Shown: positions 60,127-64,000 of the stretch, in pieces
Layout of the letters: every line of letters begins with the position of its first letter
Numbering within the stretch: the first letter of the stretch is position 1
From: Klebsormidium nitens
Lineage: Eukaryota; Plantae; Klebsormidiophyceae
DNA length: 64,000 nucleotides
Direction: 5' to 3'
Assembly (NCBI GenBank): GCA_000708835.1
Contig: DF237191.1
Location: 65,930 to 129,929 of the forward strand
Made by a program: the position numbers and the translations under genes
The notes under the pieces: generated by a model
The model's database searches: none
What the model was told of the DNA's origin: nothing
The model's input: the letters and a program-made list of their open reading frames with translations, nothing else

Positions 60127-63100
60127 TCACTCCTTTCGCATATACTGCTGCATCGGAACCTGCTGGACAGGATGTGAAGCATACGCCTGGTAGCCTGCAA
60201 GAATTAAACACAAACATTTGAACATGCCATCTTCAGGATTTAAAGAGACAGTTTTACGGCCAATGAAGGGAAGTCGCGATCCGGGGTCTTTGTTGGTGTT
60301 TCGATAATATATCGCCCACTTACAGCCTTCCCTTTCGAGGGGCACGCGTACTCAGTCATGTTGGCAGCTTGTCAAGGCTTCGAAGGCATTGAATATATTT
60401 TTAAGGCAACGTATTTGATAAGGAATGGGGAAGTGCAGAAGACACGAGACCGGATGCACCTCAAACGCGCATATACCTTTGGAGATCTCTGGCATCTTGA
60501 TGCAGTATAACCGGCCAGGGCTTTTTTAAAGCAAAGCATCACATGCAACGTCGATGACGGAGCTCGCCGGGACGGAGCGACAATTCTGTCTAGAAACCAG
60601 GCCGAACGACGTCCTTGCAATTCCGATCGTTTGGGGTCAGGTGGACCGGAAGTCACAAAAGGAGCGAGGTCCTGTTCCGCTCACCCTTTGCTGGGTCGAT
60701 GCCACGGAGCTGGAGCTCGCGGTACTGGAGGGGATAAGCGGACACGGATGATGATCAGTTTTCAGCGATGCATTACCATGGACTTGCGACATTACTTTGG
60801 CGGGCTTGCTACAGAACGATCTGACTTGCGCTACTGCTCTTCGAGCATGGCCTTCCAAGCTCAATCGATCCAAAATAGTGCTTGCATGTCCCTTCCACTC
60901 TGAAAGCAACGATTGGGCTGCGTGACTCGACATTTGTAAACCAAAACTCGACATTCCTTGTGGATCAAGAAACCGCCAGCTATTCCTGGTTTCTGATTTC
61001 AAGTCTAGTTACAATCATGCTGGAAACAAGGGCGACGTACTGCTCTAGAAGCCACGTGGGCCGTTACTGGCCACGTAGCTCGAATCTCTCCACAAAGTGT
61101 AAGTCCATTTGCGGACACCTCTGTGTCAGGTTCCGATACATACAACAGTTGAGTGCAATACCAAGCCGCGACTGCCCTTTGCTTACCTCCTGGATGAAAG
61201 CGCAGCACCAACAGCAGCTGTACGAGAAGTGCAAATGAACGAGCTTTAGAGTATTGTTTAAGCGAAGCGCATTCTCTAAAATTAGCCAGACATTGGCGCC
61301 ACGTTCAGGCAAACCATATGATTTCGAGGCGCAGCACTTTCGTGTGCGGCGTTCATGACACGAGCAGATTTCCGTGTCGGTCTCCCTACACGTCACGTTA
61401 TTAACCCTCAACGAGACCAAGTAGAACGGATGGGAGCAACCTCGGAGAAAGCTGCAACAGGCAGCGAAAGAGGGTTACGAAGCAACTAGAGAGGTCATGA
61501 AAGAGGACAAGGGTGCGGATGATGCCGCTTACCAGTGCACGCAGACGTCGTTGCACGGCTCCTCCTGCACACGATGAAAAGGTTGAGCCTTTGATATGAG
61601 CCCGCTTGCAGCCCCGGCTACAAAGGCGAGGACTTGGGGACACCGAGTCCGACCTTTGTTTATGTACTCCTTTCAATCATTGACCAGGCTAGCAGCACAG
61701 CATGATTTGGCACTCCCGGAAGCGAAGGCAGACGGACGAGGGACTTGAAACAAGCAGGAAAGATGGCGGAGCAGGCCATCATGTACCGAAAATTAGATCA
61801 GAGGGGACACACTTTGCGGCTTTAATAAGCGAAAGGCGTATAGGCTTCTTTCATATCTGTCTTATGATTCTTTACTGGATCGGCCCTATGGATTTCAAGT
61901 CTTTCGTTGACAGTGTTGCCACATCAGTGGAGATTGCAAACAGCGGGCAGGAAAGAGGAGACCCATTGAGAAAGCGGTCGGCCTACGCAGTACTACAAAC
62001 CCAGGTGTTGGCATGGAAGAAAAGGCGAGTCTCGACCACTACAGCAGTTCAGAGGGCTTTCTAGTTCAAACTCAAAGAACCCAGTAAAAGCAGCAATGCT
62101 CCCCTTGCAGAAATTCCTACTGAGCACCGATTGAGAGCTTTCCAAAAAGAAGAATGTGCATTCAACCGAGATGAAGCAGCTTCTGCCACCAAAAGGCGAC
62201 ACAATGTGACAGTTGTGGCTCACTGGCAACCCGAAGCGAAGGCGCAATTTCTTCCTGTAGGTGCAGGAGTAGAAACAGCTGCAGCCTGCAGGAGAGAGTG
62301 TGATCCACATTAGCCTCTCAGGTATGCAAACAACTTCCAGTCACACAACGCAGGAAAGAAGTATGAGATAGTGGTCAGAAGAGGCGTTTCGGATTTTTCA
62401 CACGAGTGTCAAACTGCCTCCGCTTCAAGGTGTCGGGATCAAAGCACTTTTTCAATGATTGCAGAAAAAACCATGTGGAGCAGCAGGGGTAACATTTGGT
62501 AATAAGTTGAAAGGGCATTTCAAGACGTCAGCTTTTTGCGGTGAGGCCACACGAGCTCAGTGGTGCTTGATTGCCATTTGTGGGTATGCCCCAAACTAAC
62601 TTACTTGTGACGGCCTCGATCAAGCAGCAGATCGCGGCGGCGGTTGCACAGGCTGCAAGACAAGGGTGCCATCTTAGCGATCCTTAGACTCTTGTCAAGT
62701 ATGAAGGAAAGCAATGTAATGCAGTACCAATAACCACATTGACACTCTGTCTGCTCCAATCAGAGGGGTGCATTATAGTCCTGCAGGTGATGACAGCACT
62801 CTAAAGGATCCTTCAGGACACGGAAAGAGCTGAAGCTGTACTGACAATGTGAGCCAAAACATCATAGGGCATGAGAGGGAGATGCCCTTTTGAGATTACT
62901 TACATGTGACTCCATTGTCGATCACCTCTGCGGTTTGTCCAAAGGTGATGCAAGGCACGAAGCAGGTGACAATACCTGCGAGAAGCAGAGACAAGTTAGG
63001 TCTTCAAAATTGCAAAAGACCAAAGTTTAGCTCACTAGGGTGAGGTCCCCAGTATTGCTGTGCCAACCCACTGATTAGCATTCTTGTAGAGGTCTTTCAA

Positions 63101-63889
63101 TGCTCAACACAGGCCTGATCTTCTGGAACTCTTATCTGAGTAGATTCATGGGAATTCCAGAAGCTCTTAAGCTCTTACTATTGTTCCTCATGTCAGATAG
63201 GGAGAAGCCTTCGATTTTGATGTGAGTGACGTCATATGCACATCTCACGCATTATCTGCTACAGTTTACTGCTCTACATATGCACAGGGACAATCTTTCA
63301 ATCATGATGTTTGCTAGATTTGGTCTGTAAGCAACGCCTTTTAAACAGTGCACAGGTTGGCTCAAGCGAAGACCAAAGCTGGGAAGGATTAAGGTTAAAA
63401 GAACTGTTATGTCCCCGTCCAAAGAAAGACTTCGGCCATTAAGATTCGCCAATAAGGGGGAAATGACACCATTGTTAAGAATATTAGATTTACGCGACAA
63501 ACATCATGCACATGAAGCTGAATTACATCAAAAGATGCCGCACGGTTTGACTATCAGATCATCTTGTCCTTGTCAGCTTGCCACAAATTCTTCACATTCT
63601 GAGGTTCACAAGAAACGGGTAGGGACGTCAAGATTCACTAGCAAGGGCACAGCACGAATCTAGGGCAGCTAAGAAGCTGATGCTGATTTTGGGTGCTAGA
63701 CTCACAGAGGCCGCAGTCCTCGAAACATCCGAAGAAGCCGGCCTGCCACTGGCTTGGTGCAACCGGCGCGGGCGCTCCATAGACAGGAGGTGTCGGGACT
63801 CCATACATGGGAGCTGCAGGCGGTGGGAGCCCCGCTTGCACGGGCTGACCTTGAGGGTAGGCCCCTGTTGTGGGAGGATAACCCGCCAT
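60127..63889 (-). CDS. PLAC8 / plant cadmium resistance (CNR/FW2.2-like) Cys-rich protein
   Basis: Eight phase-compatible exons: MAGYPP..QWQAGFFGCFEDCGL / CIVTCFVPCITFGQTAEVIDNGVT / SCATAAAICCLIEAVT / SCSCFYSCTYRKKLRLRFGLP / EEPCNDVCVH / CCCWCCAFIQE / YRELQLRGIDPAK / GYQAYASHPVQQVPMQQYMRKE*. Confidence 0.92.
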
Positions 63890-64000
63890 TGGTCAGAGGT
63901 CTCCTTGCGACTCTAAATTTGTAGGGGGGATCCTGAATTTATGTCTCGAAGGACAAAGCAGAACCTGTTGATGATCAAGTCGGATCATAGGTTGTTCACA

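Overview
Intron-rich eukaryotic nuclear DNA with GT-AG introns and plant-type genes. It is probably a streptophyte alga such as Klebsormidium (inference, not verified). Nine spliced genes were reconstructed by hand. (1) A plastid-type pyridoxamine-5'-phosphate-oxidase/HugZ-like split-barrel protein (-, truncated at the left edge). (2) A large low-complexity P/G/Q-rich protein with an RGG box (+). (3,4) Two tandem Kv-beta/KAB1 aldo-keto reductases (-). (5) A secreted alpha-carbonic anhydrase (-). (6) tRNA-dihydrouridine synthase DUS3 (-). (7) A peroxisomal SDR of the DHRS4/IBR1 type (+). (8) A 26-exon, ~1470-aa protein fusing a HExxH membrane domain to a GlmS-like Ntn-amidotransferase/SIS module (+). 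(9) A PLAC8 protein (-). Four observations stand out. First, a 135-nt tRNA-like RNA with two T-arms and strand-swapped acceptor-like stems sits antisense in carbonic anhydrase intron 1. Second, the GlmS-like protein's catalytic Cys is buried behind an M50-like metallopeptidase domain. Third, two tandem same-length exons, probably mutually exclusive, each encode the complete SDR catalytic Ser/Tyr/Lys segment. Fourth, exon edges are repeatedly duplicated in tandem in several genes. All exon coordinates were read by eye and may be off by a few bases.
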